DNA from: a virus
Lineage: Duplodnaviria; Caudoviricetes
DNA: 54,956 nt
Direction: 5' to 3' (one strand)
Virus record (IMG/VR): IMGVR_UViG_3300037634_006492
Span: 1-54,956 of that record
Under the pieces are notes generated by a model, which saw nothing but the letters and a program-made list of their open reading frames with translations, did no database searches and was not told where the DNA came from. The position numbers were made by a program, and so were the translations under genes. Of the stretch, positions 8,601 to 18,623 are shown piece after piece (position 1 is the stretch's first letter; each line of letters starts with the position of its first letter).

Positions 8601-11045
8601 ATTTGCACCTGCAGAGGTTAAAATTCTAGTATTTGCATTTAAACCAAAAGGATTATTAGGGGATACATCGGCAGCCATATCAATTATAGTGTTAGCATTA
8701 AAAGTTTCCATATCTACCGATAATACATCTCTAATAGTTTTACTCCAAATACTGATATTCGCATTCATTCCATCCCACGCACCATATGATACTAAATCAC
8801 TCGGGGTCATCAAACTATAATTTTTAGCAACTGCATAACGGGTTAAAAGAATTTTATAAAATTGTTGTTTAATGGCTTTATCTCCGTCTGCTTCAATCAC
8901 ATTAATATGTAAAAAAGGGTTAACAACCGCTAAACTATCTACAGGGTTAATAGGGACCCAAGCATCTACATCTGCCCCCTGCTTTTTAGAATTATTTATT
9001 ATTCTTTGTTGTGCACTTAATTCTGCACTTTTTTCAGTTATCCCTGCAGTAATATTTTCAATAAATGTAATTTCTGGGAATGCAGCGGGAGTTATTCCTT
9101 TAATTGAATCGCTCCCTATATAAGTTTCAATAGCTTCTCCCGCATTATTTTCTAATATAATCTTAGGAAAAGCATAAATAGTAGAATTTGACCAGTCTCC
9201 TTTTTCAGAAGTATCTATATCCGTATCTATATTTCCCGCTTGTTTTAATTCGGCAGATCTTTGGTTAGATAATTGTTCCGCTTTCTGTGCAACATTAAAA
9301 GTGGCTAATATTAAGGCTTGTGCATTATTACATAATATTTGAAATACTGTTTTAATGGTGGGATTATACCCTAAAGATGCGCTTAGTTTTGCGTTTAATT
9401 CTTTTTTAGCTACCTTATCTAATTTTTCTTTAACTACCTCTACCTCATTAATCATCTTTTCTATAGAGGATCTCATTTCGGTAAAATCTAATACAAATAC
9501 CACGTCTTCCTTCATAAAAGAACTGTTGGACTTAGTGGGTCTAGTAAATTCTGATATTATTATGTCCCCTACTGGTGCTTGATTATTTTTACCATTAACA
9601 CCTTCAGTTATTAATGAAGATCCATCTGATCTAACTCTTTTAAGTTCATCTATAGCATCTGTTAGTGGGGTAGAAAAACTTGGTTTTTTACTACCACCTA
9701 ATTTTTTTATTACACTTGTTATGGAAGTTGATGCTACATCTACTTCTAACCCTGTTAAATAGTCTATTTCTTTTGTAGCTGGGTCTTGTGTGATGGGAAA
9801 AATAGTTGCATTTAATACCTCATCTGCCACAATTTCATCGGTTATGGTAAGATTTTTTTTGTTTAATACATAAAAAGATAAATAATCTTCTAATAATTCA
9901 TATAATGTCAACATATATTCATTAACACTTACTAGGCTTGATGTTTTAAATAAAAGATAATCTCTAATAGAAAGATAATTTCCATTAAGACTTAAAGAGG
10001 TACCACCCTGAATTGATGTGGTAACTATTTTAGTGGGGCTATTGGGTAATTTTTCATAGGGAGTAGAAACAGTGGCGTTAGAAGCGTATTTAGGTAAAGG
10101 AGCACCTATAAATGATTGTATTCTTTTTAATTTTACTTTTTGGGTATTTACTATTTTTAATTTTTGATACGCTGGTGCAGTAGCTTTAAGGACTTCTAAG
10201 TCCACCTGTAACTTACTAATTTTCTTAATGAACGCATCTAAAGATGGAGTAGGTATACTACTCTCTTTTCCTGTTAATGGATCCGTAATTGTTATAGGAA
10301 CTTTAGCGAGTGCCATTGCACCTTCTTCGGTATTATTAACCCCTAAAATATTACCCATAGTTATATCAGCTAAAAACGCTTGTTGAAATCCTAAAAAATT
10401 CGCATCTATATCAAAATTTCCCGTAGTGGGATCAAATTTCGATGTCCAATTTACCATATGTAAACAATAGGTTACTGCTTGACCAAAATAACCTTTAATG
10501 GTAAGTTCAAAAACAGGATAAGGCATTTTAAAAAATATGCTATAAGGAGATTTCCTATTATCTTGGTCAATTATATCAAATAAAGCACTCCCTCTTACAT
10601 CCGTAAAGGATATATCCACTTGGGGTACTAAACTAGCATTATATTTTATATCTATATTTTTAATACCAAATCCTTCTAAAAGACCTGCACTATAAGAATC
10701 TGCAATACCGCCTATATTAGTGTAGTTAGTGGTAGAGTATGTTTTTGCTTCTCCTCTTATATCTCTTAATGGTTCTCCAAATGCATTATATTTAATTTCT
10801 GTAGCAATAAAATTTATTTCCCCTGGTTTACTTTGTTCTAGAGGATTATCATTTCCATCTAATGTTGCAATTCCCCTACTTCTTTCTCTAGCGGTAAATT
10901 TAACATAAATAAACATGTCTTCCGTTGGTAAAACTCCCCTACCTGGAGGGTTAGGGTCCACCAAAAACATCCCCGCATTCTCTTGCTTTACCTTCCAAGC
11001 TTTTCTACGCTCATCTCTTTCTTCTTTGGTGTTAAATATACCCAT
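5646..11045 (-). CDS. Large baseplate hub-like protein with C-terminal GH19 (chitinase/lysozyme-fold)-like domain
   Basis: Hub/gpD-like segment YTCNIEALGCMNIQPMMYFQL...NGAYLILSVNHSIT; GH19 signature YKYRGRGYIPIIGKGEY...LITDPDL...AVSIW; lies in the tail module. Confidence 0.7.
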   Translation of the reverse strand: MGIFNTKEERDERRKAWKVKQENAGMFLVDPNPPGRGVLPTEDMFIYVKFTARERSRGIATLDGNDNPLEQSKPGEINFIATEIKYNAFGEPLRDIRGEAKTYSTTNYTNIGGIADSYSAGLLEGFGIKNIDIKYNASLVPQVDISFTDVRGSALFDIIDQDNRKSPYSIFFKMPYPVFELTIKGYFGQAVTYCLHMVNWTSKFDPTTGNFDIDANFLGFQQAFLADITMGNILGVNNTEEGAMALAKVPITITDPLTGKESSIPTPSLDAFIKKISKLQVDLEVLKATAPAYQKLKIVNTQKVKLKRIQSFIGAPLPKYASNATVSTPYEKLPNSPTKIVTTSIQGGTSLSLNGNYLSIRDYLLFKTSSLVSVNEYMLTLYELLEDYLSFYVLNKKNLTITDEIVADEVLNATIFPITQDPATKEIDYLTGLEVDVASTSITSVIKKLGGSKKPSFSTPLTDAIDELKRVRSDGSSLITEGVNGKNNQAPVGDIIISEFTRPTKSNSSFMKEDVVFVLDFTEMRSSIEKMINEVEVVKEKLDKVAKKELNAKLSASLGYNPTIKTVFQILCNNAQALILATFNVAQKAEQLSNQRSAELKQAGNIDTDIDTSEKGDWSNSTIYAFPKIILENNAGEAIETYIGSDSIKGITPAAFPEITFIENITAGITEKSAELSAQQRIINNSKKQGADVDAWVPINPVDSLAVVNPFLHINVIEADGDKAIKQQFYKILLTRYAVAKNYSLMTPSDLVSYGAWDGMNANISIWSKTIRDVLSVDMETFNANTIIDMAADVSPNNPFGLNANTRILTSAGANAVIDESNGLPKLENIEISGYRSDEVDYLYIEEKDGEIINNAVSLPTIITENDKYKQKFGTPFTNNTFNAFRQWKNNLLLANISYSIWAPKVKEKLEAGLGKPTSILKIPDNNITLIDGGIKPPDVQSNAPPTPTAAIKTWYINLLGDQGTTNTSQPVQTSEFVTDSPWYGGQSNYVKALLLLNTFPFIPMPLGWKLKKVSAIFKLPKYYLLWVGGTLWRATAGSETIDWNNSPITSVLMDEYISTIGSKNKGKEVRSINGGKIDQVLIDLPLKSRDTIINYFTDWVDGDFNNFESLFIGDTGYCEAENIVTKYNRGSTLAKKLSVEVNFIVNAPSILAGGLNDGLSVSNFSLYYDSFVSNFIKSEESQEEITPQELEKKNKQLEPIKLEIYNYFKNIYDKWIAGCNLKTLAYNACGASGLEKNLFDYFRFIDRGFNDIGDDAVINLDSIATLSDNLNTSLYFFLSKVLRDSNFLFQIMPSFIDYKDPASVAAIFTPATHLEENSNSGPVYLCIYVGGTSEVLDINESSRYTYKNDGFELEQPPPDIADKAEFSLVGFRVSYGAENQSIFKSVSLNQQEHRETGEYFAALTELIDKRGGTQRAYQGTDLYKIFKTRSYTCNIEALGCMNIQPMMYFQLDNVPFFNGAYLILSVNHSITPNHMTTSFSGLRQSKFLTKPVGEITTFLDIGTEETLDGETFKFTNLTNKNRDRFNIGVDPNQYGKFSFPLINSTSLTNMGVPPAKQTGLVAALQSQLQHNGIITNSSVTMIMANMMTSSSDANGHPFVKMVESWASINDPSATQRSYYVDDNVYGNPTTQINPINGQQESIPVGQRQLTAYKYRGRGYIPIIGKGEYIAASNALGIPQLITDPDLAFQNGNNVSLAVAVSIWKYTNFTGYDKNTGFSSVLKGGKTPYSHSTEGTASNFTETVRILNGDNGKTLENSFSKFAIVLSEFDLLGINPGGTKSSVKGVIGGVQAGITKYAG

Positions 11046-11066
11046 TCTTTATAATTTTAATAAAAA

Positions 11067-11396
11067 TTAACCATTACTTCCATACAATTTTTCATATCGA
11101 GTTACTTCTCTTATATATTGTTGTAAACTATCTCTAAATGGAAATGGAACTCTAATAATTTCATTTGTCGGTATATTCTCTTCAACTCCGCCGAACTGGG
11201 GATTAGCTAACATAATTAACCACCCATGGTATGGATTACCATAATATTTTTGACTTATCTTATCCATTCTATCCCTATCATATCTGTATACTACAGTTTT
11301 ATCAGATCCTTTTGGCTCTATCTTTATAAATGGAAGTGGTTTATATTTTCCGTTAAAATTAAATTTTTGATATCTATTATAGTATTCTGTACTCAT
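11067..11396 (-). CDS. Baseplate wedge protein, T4 gp53 / LysM-like
   Basis: DRMDKISQKYYGNPYHGWLIMLANP...IIRVP pattern; position next to the hub gene. Confidence 0.75.
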   Translation of the reverse strand: MSTEYYNRYQKFNFNGKYKPLPFIKIEPKGSDKTVVYRYDRDRMDKISQKYYGNPYHGWLIMLANPQFGGVEENIPTNEIIRVPFPFRDSLQQYIREVTRYEKLYGSNG

Positions 11397-11400
11397 TTTC

Positions 11401-14400
11401 TTAATTTAGTTTCTCATCTTTTATAGTAAATGTTTTTATTTTTCTACTACTTCTGGGTTTAGTGATAAAATACACACTAACTATAACATTAGGAATAATT
11501 CCCTCTATATCATCAATAGCACTATTTAAAATTTCTATTTGTGCCAAAATAGAAGCTTTCTGATTTGGGTTACTAGTGGCAGCTAGTTGAGATCTTAAAG
11601 TATCTATTTCCCCTTCTTTAACTACAATGTCGGCAGAATCATTAAATGCGGTTGAAAATACAGGAATATTATTTAAATTATAAACTTTACCACTTGTTTC
11701 AAATGTATCTTTTATAACCTCACTATTAGTTATACTATCAGTAACTATCACCTCTACTGGGTTAGTAGGTTCAGTTATTTCCCATACCCCTTCAATATTT
11801 TCTATACATTCTATTATTAAATTTTTATCACTACCATTTATATTAAATGTGGGAGGATCAAATACTGGTGGTGGTTGATCGGTGGTGTTTACGGGGGCGC
11901 TTTCTTCAATTTGATCCACTGGCATCTCTGTTTTTAATGACCCACTGGGTGAATCGCCTAATAAAGATATTTTTTCTACCACTCCCTGTAGTTGTGGAAA
12001 TAATGCTTTTTTACCATCAATAATTTGTGCACCTAAAAAGGTAGAAATCTGTAATTTATCTGCTCTCTTATCATACATTTCAGTATTAGCATAATAATTA
12101 AATGATAACGCATTTTGTAATCTATTAATTGGTCCTTGTAAAGATTGACCCCCGATAATATCTATTGATAATGTTATATCTGCCATCATTGGTTGTACTC
12201 CTATACCTGAAGGGTTCATATCCCATTGTGGTGTACCCGCCCCATTATAATTTATTGATAAGCTATTAATAATTACTTTGGAATATATAAAATCCCCTAT
12301 TCTCAATATACATACAGGCGGTCTTCCAAATGCTAAGTTTTGTGGTGCTAGATTTGCATCTTTATCATATATACTCGGACCTTGTCTGGTACATTGTTGT
12401 AAAAAAGTTACTCTCGTATTTAAACCTTCAGGTGTTGTAGAATGAAATCCTGGATGAAAATACCTTATTTTTTCTGATATGGTTTGAAAATAGGTTGGGT
12501 ACTCTTCATTTACAAAATCAAAATATTTAGTTTCATCAATTCTTATGTTATCAATTATTTGAGAGTCCACTGGTAGTGCAGCTAAATCGCCCGGCGACTC
12601 AATAGTTTTATGTTGCGCAGAAGGATCGGCAACGGCATCGTATGTTATTTTAATATCCACTCTTCTACTAATTTGCATGGGGGGAAACGGAACAACATTT
12701 GAGCTGGTTGACATTACAAATTTAACCCCTTTAACTGATTGAGCAATACTAATAACTTGTGTTTTAATATCTTTTGCTCTCCTAAGTGCTAAATCTTGTG
12801 CGTTAGTTTCATCTTTACTGGCATATCCTGTTACAGTAATTTTTACTGATTTATTAGTAGAAGTTTGTTCTCTTAAAAATGTTTCTATGGGTGCAGCATT
12901 TACATTTACCCCACTTGACACATTTTCCGGAAATAATACTTTTTCATTTAAACTAGCACTATAATTCGATGCGGTTTGCTGACTCTGTTGTTGGTTTAAT
13001 TTTTTTTCTATCTCATTTCGTGCACTTTCACTTACCCCCTCATTTTTATCTAAAAAATTTAAAAAATCGGAAGGGGAAAGACAACCCGATAAAAATCGTT
13101 CTATTTCATTGGTTCTTCTTCCTCTATATGCGTTAATAACTTTAGGGTGGTCAACGAGTACTTTAAATCTTAATTGCCCACTTCTCGTACTATTATTATA
13201 AGTATAAACAGGTTCTCCACGACCAATAAAATCGGATTTAGTCCAATTTGCGCTTATATTTTCATCAAAACTTAACTCATAGGGAGGGAACCACATTATT
13301 CTTCCCCTGTTTTTACTCAAAGAATCACCGGGTCCTGTTTCACTCAAAGGTAAATCTGCTAAATTATCTGCCCATGCCAGATTTTCTAGGGATAACATAT
13401 ATTTTTTAAAAGTTGTGGTTGAGTCATTAGCAGTAGGAAATGACTTAACAATACCATTAGCCCCTAATACACTTAAAGATGCATTATCAGATGAAACTGA
13501 AAATCCCGGTTTAGAAATATCATCCGAACTAAATAACCCACTTTTTCTTATAGCATTTTTATATCCATACTGATCATCCACTGTCCACACTCTACAAAAT
13601 TTTCCATTCTGAATTGCAGATTCATAAGATTCTTTACTTATAGCATTTCCTCTACTTATTAATTGATCTTGTACCTTATCTTTAAAAAATTTAGATGTTT
13701 GATTAATAAAAACATCATCTGGATAATCATTAACTAATTCTTTGGTTTTTGACAATATAGTTTTGTCATTAAAATTATTAGACATATCGGGTGTCCAATA
13801 AAAGTCCTCATCTATCGTTGTGATTGTTCCTGACGCCCCTGGTGACTCTATTCCATCCGCCCCATTAAATTCATCCGAAGTAAATATTTTGGTTACTTTA
13901 TCACCTCTATTGGTACTTCTTTCACTTCCTATATAATATCTACTATTAGTACCCGCATTAGAAGAATCAGATAATCTTCTATCTTCATAATTAGGAACAT
14001 ATACATTTAAACCTAAACTATCAAATAAGAATACGGATTGGTTTAATCCTGTTCTTTCTAATAACGCGTTTACCCTTTGTTCAGTAGATAATACTGTTTC
14101 AGTTTGATTTGGGCTTCCAGGTCCCCCTAACATATTCATTGATGGTTCTCTATTATATTCTTGCCAACCAACCGCACCTGTAGGTAAACTATTATATTTT
14201 ATTTCTTCCCCTTTCATTGCATTTGAATATTCTCCTGATTCATTTTCGGGAGGATCAAATGGTGTTATTACACTATTGGTTAAGGAATCGGAGTTTAATT
14301 GTTGTTCTACTTGTGCTACTTTATGTATAACAATTTCTTCAAGTTGTTGCGCCCCTATTAACCCCAAAGAAGTTTCATTTTGGAACGTTAAAGTATTTAA

Positions 14401-14862
14401 TTTATCTACTACAGTAAAAGGAAAATTAACATAAGGGTGATTACCACTACTTAATAAACTAAATTGATCAGTATTGGAATAAGTAGGGTATGGTCCTCTT
14501 ACTTTATTAGCGGAATCAGGAAAAGGTTCAGATGGGGTTACAACATTATAAATAGTATACCCATCTTGTGGTGGGATAAATCTGTTATTATTAACATTAT
14601 ACTCATCTCTTCTTATTTCACCAAACGGTAAAATTTGTTCATCCTCATCATAATGGACAGGAATATTTTCACTAGCAGTACCCCATATTGGTGTTTTAAT
14701 AATATTACCTATATCTTGAAGTGTTGAAGCAAATCCTGACTGATCTACTGAATTAGTAATAGGTGGTGGTAAATTTCTACCTAAGAGTCTATTTCTTAAG
14801 TCCTCGGTAGTTAAAATACCCAACGAGGTTGTATATAAAGTTTTATCTAAAATCCCTGGCAT
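11401..14862 (-). CDS. Baseplate/tail-tube initiator-like protein with inserted OmpA-like domain
   Basis: Tube-like motifs FPPYELSFDENISANW...IGRGEPVYTYNNSTRSGQLRF and PPVCILRIGDF...IINSLSINY; OmpA-like ITVTGYAS...LALRRAKDIK...SRRVDI. Confidence 0.62.
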   Translation of the reverse strand: MPGILDKTLYTTSLGILTTEDLRNRLLGRNLPPPITNSVDQSGFASTLQDIGNIIKTPIWGTASENIPVHYDEDEQILPFGEIRRDEYNVNNNRFIPPQDGYTIYNVVTPSEPFPDSANKVRGPYPTYSNTDQFSLLSSGNHPYVNFPFTVVDKLNTLTFQNETSLGLIGAQQLEEIVIHKVAQVEQQLNSDSLTNSVITPFDPPENESGEYSNAMKGEEIKYNSLPTGAVGWQEYNREPSMNMLGGPGSPNQTETVLSTEQRVNALLERTGLNQSVFLFDSLGLNVYVPNYEDRRLSDSSNAGTNSRYYIGSERSTNRGDKVTKIFTSDEFNGADGIESPGASGTITTIDEDFYWTPDMSNNFNDKTILSKTKELVNDYPDDVFINQTSKFFKDKVQDQLISRGNAISKESYESAIQNGKFCRVWTVDDQYGYKNAIRKSGLFSSDDISKPGFSVSSDNASLSVLGANGIVKSFPTANDSTTTFKKYMLSLENLAWADNLADLPLSETGPGDSLSKNRGRIMWFPPYELSFDENISANWTKSDFIGRGEPVYTYNNSTRSGQLRFKVLVDHPKVINAYRGRRTNEIERFLSGCLSPSDFLNFLDKNEGVSESARNEIEKKLNQQQSQQTASNYSASLNEKVLFPENVSSGVNVNAAPIETFLREQTSTNKSVKITVTGYASKDETNAQDLALRRAKDIKTQVISIAQSVKGVKFVMSTSSNVVPFPPMQISRRVDIKITYDAVADPSAQHKTIESPGDLAALPVDSQIIDNIRIDETKYFDFVNEEYPTYFQTISEKIRYFHPGFHSTTPEGLNTRVTFLQQCTRQGPSIYDKDANLAPQNLAFGRPPVCILRIGDFIYSKVIINSLSINYNGAGTPQWDMNPSGIGVQPMMADITLSIDIIGGQSLQGPINRLQNALSFNYYANTEMYDKRADKLQISTFLGAQIIDGKKALFPQLQGVVEKISLLGDSPSGSLKTEMPVDQIEESAPVNTTDQPPPVFDPPTFNINGSDKNLIIECIENIEGVWEITEPTNPVEVIVTDSITNSEVIKDTFETSGKVYNLNNIPVFSTAFNDSADIVVKEGEIDTLRSQLAATSNPNQKASILAQIEILNSAIDDIEGIIPNVIVSVYFITKPRSSRKIKTFTIKDEKLN

Positions 14863-15044
14863 AGATTATTGTTTATATATAAATATTTAAACAAGAATTT
14901 CCAGGAAATAAAAACAAGAATATTATTATTATTGTTCTTTATTTAATATTTAACTTGTTTGTTTAATTATTTAAAGTGGACCTGAGGTCCAATATATAAA
15001 AAGAAATTTTTGAAGTAAAGGACATTTTAAATTATCTTTTAATA

Positions 15045-16997
15045 TTATCCAGTACCACCCTTTCCTTTTAATTGTATTTTATCCATATATGTCTTACCAT
15101 CAGGCACATTTCCATTGTATCTACTAATTTCATCAACAATTAAATTTTTAACCTCAGTAATCATTGGACCGGACAATTGGGTTAGGAGAGTGGGATCTCC
15201 ATTTAAATTAATATTAAAAGTTCCATTAACATCAATTTCACTAGGTGGTGTATGCAATGCCGTAGCATTATTTTCTAAATCTTCTACTTTTACGGCGTCA
15301 GGATTACTGATAATCACATTACCACCACCACCTCCACCGGAAGACTTAATAACATCTTCCCCATAAATATCTTTAGTATCAATTTTACCATAATTTTTTA
15401 GGTCTTCAAGGGTGGGTATGTTATCTATTGCTTTTGTTGTAAGTTCTAAGGTTTCTATAACTCCCTCCGCCAAATTTTGTGTTTCTACATTTGCGGCCGT
15501 AACAAGATCCCCAAACATCCCTTCCGTAATGGAATAATAGTCCATTGTTTGAACTACGGTAGCCCTTGCCGCTTTATTCGCATTACTAATTTGCTCGGAC
15601 ATAGTTTGAGTATTAATGGCTATATTTTTAAAATAATCCATTTTTTTATCTTCTTTGGTTTCTGTCGTATCTAACATCCCCTGGGCTACTGCCTCCGCTA
15701 ATTTATCAGTTTCTCCTAGACCTATTTCTTCACCTTTAAAGTCAACCATCCACCTTCCATCTTTCATTTTAGCCATTCCAGCTATCCCTTCTCTAACATC
15801 ATCCTCAAAAGCATTTCCAGAGATATTCATCTTAACATCTTTAATTTTAGATGCTTGACGCGCCATTTCCACCATTTTTTCGGTATTAATACCTAATTGA
15901 TCACCAGCAGCCTTTAATTGCATTCTTCCTTCTGCAGGTAATTCATATTCTCCAGTTGCCGAATTAAACTGGAGCATATTTTCTGTCATATCCTGTAATC
16001 TTTTTGCTAATTCTTCCGGTTTGTTTCTGGCGAGATACATTGTTTCAAAAGGGTCACCAAATGCTTTAGCGATGTCACCTCCCAACATTTGTAAATTAGC
16101 TGCTGCTTCTATGGCTGCTTCGGGCTGATAAAATTTTTCAGACATTGATAATACATCACTAACATCTATTCTCATTTTAACTGCTTGTCGAGCCATTTCT
16201 CCCATCCCTCTAACTCCGTTAACAAATGAATACCCCTGCATTTGTTTTATATTAGATTGTAATGTTTTTATAACTTTAGTAGAATTCAAACCTGCTTTAT
16301 TAGATGCTTCCATAACATCTACTAATGTTTCATTCATTATCTCTGTACTCATACCCATAAGATCAAATGATTCCGCCATTTCTGCCACACTGGATGGTAA
16401 CATATTAGTGGCTTCAGATATCCCTATCATAATTTGAACGTCTCTTTCATCCATAAATCTAAATCTACCAGACTGTTCCATAAAAGTATTATAGAGTTGA
16501 GCTATATCCTCCATCTCACCTCCCATACTTAATACATTAGGTAATGCATCTCTAAAAGAATAAGATAAAGCAGTGGCTTGTTTACTACTCAAACCAACAT
16601 TTTTTTGGATATCTTTATATTGGTGGGCTATTTTTTCTGCATAATTGTAAACCGCAGCGGTGGTATGGAGAAAATCCATAGTTTGTTTTCTTTCCATCTG
16701 CAGTTGACCCAAAATTCTACCTCTAACAGTATATTGATCTTTAATGGTTTTATTGAGTTCTATTTGGGCTTCTACTTGAGCCTCTAATTCTTGTTTTATC
16801 TTTCTTTCTTCATCAGTAGTAGCCTGTACCGCCTCTATAATCCTTTTTTGTTCTAATAATTGATCTATTTGACCTTTTCGTGTTTTCTCAGTCGCACCCT
16901 CAATACTTTCATAAACCTTAATTTGTTGATTGAGTTGTTTATTAATCTCAACAAGCTCCTTTTTTATTAGCTTGAGATTTTCTAAATTTGCTGCCAT
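15045..16997 (-). CDS. Tape measure protein
   Basis: 650 aa helical A/M/Q-rich protein (AIEAAANLQMLGG) between chaperone and baseplate genes. Confidence 0.72.
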   Translation of the reverse strand: MAANLENLKLIKKELVEINKQLNQQIKVYESIEGATEKTRKGQIDQLLEQKRIIEAVQATTDEERKIKQELEAQVEAQIELNKTIKDQYTVRGRILGQLQMERKQTMDFLHTTAAVYNYAEKIAHQYKDIQKNVGLSSKQATALSYSFRDALPNVLSMGGEMEDIAQLYNTFMEQSGRFRFMDERDVQIMIGISEATNMLPSSVAEMAESFDLMGMSTEIMNETLVDVMEASNKAGLNSTKVIKTLQSNIKQMQGYSFVNGVRGMGEMARQAVKMRIDVSDVLSMSEKFYQPEAAIEAAANLQMLGGDIAKAFGDPFETMYLARNKPEELAKRLQDMTENMLQFNSATGEYELPAEGRMQLKAAGDQLGINTEKMVEMARQASKIKDVKMNISGNAFEDDVREGIAGMAKMKDGRWMVDFKGEEIGLGETDKLAEAVAQGMLDTTETKEDKKMDYFKNIAINTQTMSEQISNANKAARATVVQTMDYYSITEGMFGDLVTAANVETQNLAEGVIETLELTTKAIDNIPTLEDLKNYGKIDTKDIYGEDVIKSSGGGGGGNVIISNPDAVKVEDLENNATALHTPPSEIDVNGTFNINLNGDPTLLTQLSGPMITEVKNLIVDEISRYNGNVPDGKTYMDKIQLKGKGGTG

Positions 16998-17009
16998 TTT
17001 TTAAATAAT

Positions 17010-17588
17010 TTAAGATTTATACTTAATAATTTTACCTTCCCATTTCTGTGGTGCTCCAAATTGTCCATTACCGGTATCATATACCGATATACTTCCGTGA
17101 TTCATCCTTCCTGGTTCTGCAGTTCTCTTAAATGACATTAAAACATCTTTGATACCACCAGGATCAAAAGTTCCCGATGATTTTTCAAACACTATAAAAT
17201 TACTATCATTAAAACTTTTAGCTTTAAGTTTAACCACACCTGCATCAATTTTAGTGTTTTGAGTAGCATTATTCATAGAAGAGGGGATTTCTAAATTATC
17301 TATCGTATCCGTAAATTCCATTTTGATAGTATTACCCTCACCTAATTTAGTCCATACTTTAGATGTGATACTTCTACTACTACCCTGTTCAATATCTACA
17401 TCTATTTCTTTAAATTGACCTAATTGACTTTTTTGAGCCCCTAATGATTTCTTTAATCCACTATATGCTTTATCCATTAGTTCTTGAGCACTATAACCAC
17501 TTAAATCTTCTTTCTCTTCTTCAGTAATGAGATTATTTATTATCTTATTTAAAATAATAATATTCTTATGGTGTTTTTTAATATTCAT
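17010..17588 (-). CDS. Hypothetical protein with basic leader ending LITE; candidate internal virion protein
   Basis: MNIKKHHKNIIILNKIINNLITE leader; TATTTATA motif upstream. Confidence 0.6.
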   Translation of the reverse strand: MNIKKHHKNIIILNKIINNLITEEEKEDLSGYSAQELMDKAYSGLKKSLGAQKSQLGQFKEIDVDIEQGSSRSITSKVWTKLGEGNTIKMEFTDTIDNLEIPSSMNNATQNTKIDAGVVKLKAKSFNDSNFIVFEKSSGTFDPGGIKDVLMSFKRTAEPGRMNHGSISVYDTGNGQFGAPQKWEGKIIKYKS

Positions 17589-17614
17589 ATTACTTTTTTT
17601 ATATAAATATTAGA

Positions 17615-17790
17615 TTATTTTCTTTTATTTGCTTTTTCTATACTTTTAGATACATCATTTATAAAAAGTAGGCGAGAAAAAATCGGCATATACATTATAT
17701 CCATATATGTATACCCCACCTGTTTAACTAAAAAATTAATTTGTTTGTGAAGGCTAGACAAATAATCAGATGTCAGGAAAGAAAAAAGAT
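17615..17790 (-). CDS. Probable frameshift extension of the tail assembly chaperone (lambda gpT-like)
   Basis: Overlapping +1 frame ORF with no ATG in the overlap; YTYMDIMYMPIFSRLLFI resembles chaperone extension segments; lies upstream of the tape measure gene. Confidence 0.55.
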
Positions 17791-18545
17791 GAGTTAAATC
17801 TAAGAAAGCACCCAGCGGATCCCCCTCCCCGGATCCGCGCAGTTGTTTCAAAATCAATACCGGGTTCGATCTCCGACATATATTTTTTTAAACTTCTGGA
17901 ATCTATTATGGTTAACGTTTTTACCATATTAGATAATTTTATTTTATCTGTTTCCCCATCAATGGACTGTATTTGTTTTTCTAACCTAAAAAACATTTTA
18001 TTAGATATATCAGTATTATTTTTTGACATGTAATTTTCATCTAATACACCTATTTCTTTTTCATCTCTACCAGTTAAAAATTTAAATTTAACTAGTTTTT
18101 TAGAAGTAGGTAATATATAATCGAAACATCCATCTTTACCTGGATTAACCTCTAATTTTTTTTGTTTTAAAGAAGATAAATCTAAAGTACCCTCTGTTAA
18201 TTCACTTTTATCATTTACTACTATTTGTTTATATTCAGGACCAAAAGCAGTGATCCTAAGAAATAATAATATGGCGGTTCTATCACTAATAAGTAAATCT
18301 AAGGGATCAAAACCTAAATCCTTAATTTTCCGCTCTAAAAGAATATCCATTAATTTACCACCCCCAGAAATATTTGGGGAAGATAAAACGGTTTCATCAA
18401 AAGCAGTTAAGTACTCAACTTTTACAGTAGATTTTTTATTGGGATATAATATACCTTGAGAAGGTAAATCCAATATATCGTATGGTACCGCATATTCGGC
18501 AGGTACATAATTAGGATCCATTGGGGTAACACTTGCATTTTCCAT
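17766..18545 (-). CDS. Baseplate hub assembly / tail assembly chaperone (T4 gp26-like)
   Basis: YDILDLPSQGILYP, VEYLTAFDE, DRTAILLFLRITAFGPEY, VKFKFLTGRDE and C-terminal FFFP. Confidence 0.72.
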   Translation of the reverse strand: MENASVTPMDPNYVPAEYAVPYDILDLPSQGILYPNKKSTVKVEYLTAFDETVLSSPNISGGGKLMDILLERKIKDLGFDPLDLLISDRTAILLFLRITAFGPEYKQIVVNDKSELTEGTLDLSSLKQKKLEVNPGKDGCFDYILPTSKKLVKFKFLTGRDEKEIGVLDENYMSKNNTDISNKMFFRLEKQIQSIDGETDKIKLSNMVKTLTIIDSRSLKKYMSEIEPGIDFETTARIRGGGSAGCFLRFNSSFFFPDI

Positions 18546-18623
18546 AAATAAAACTTTAAAACAATATTATTATATTAATAAATATTTAAAAGTAAATTTT
18601 TAAGGAAAATAAAATAACAAATG

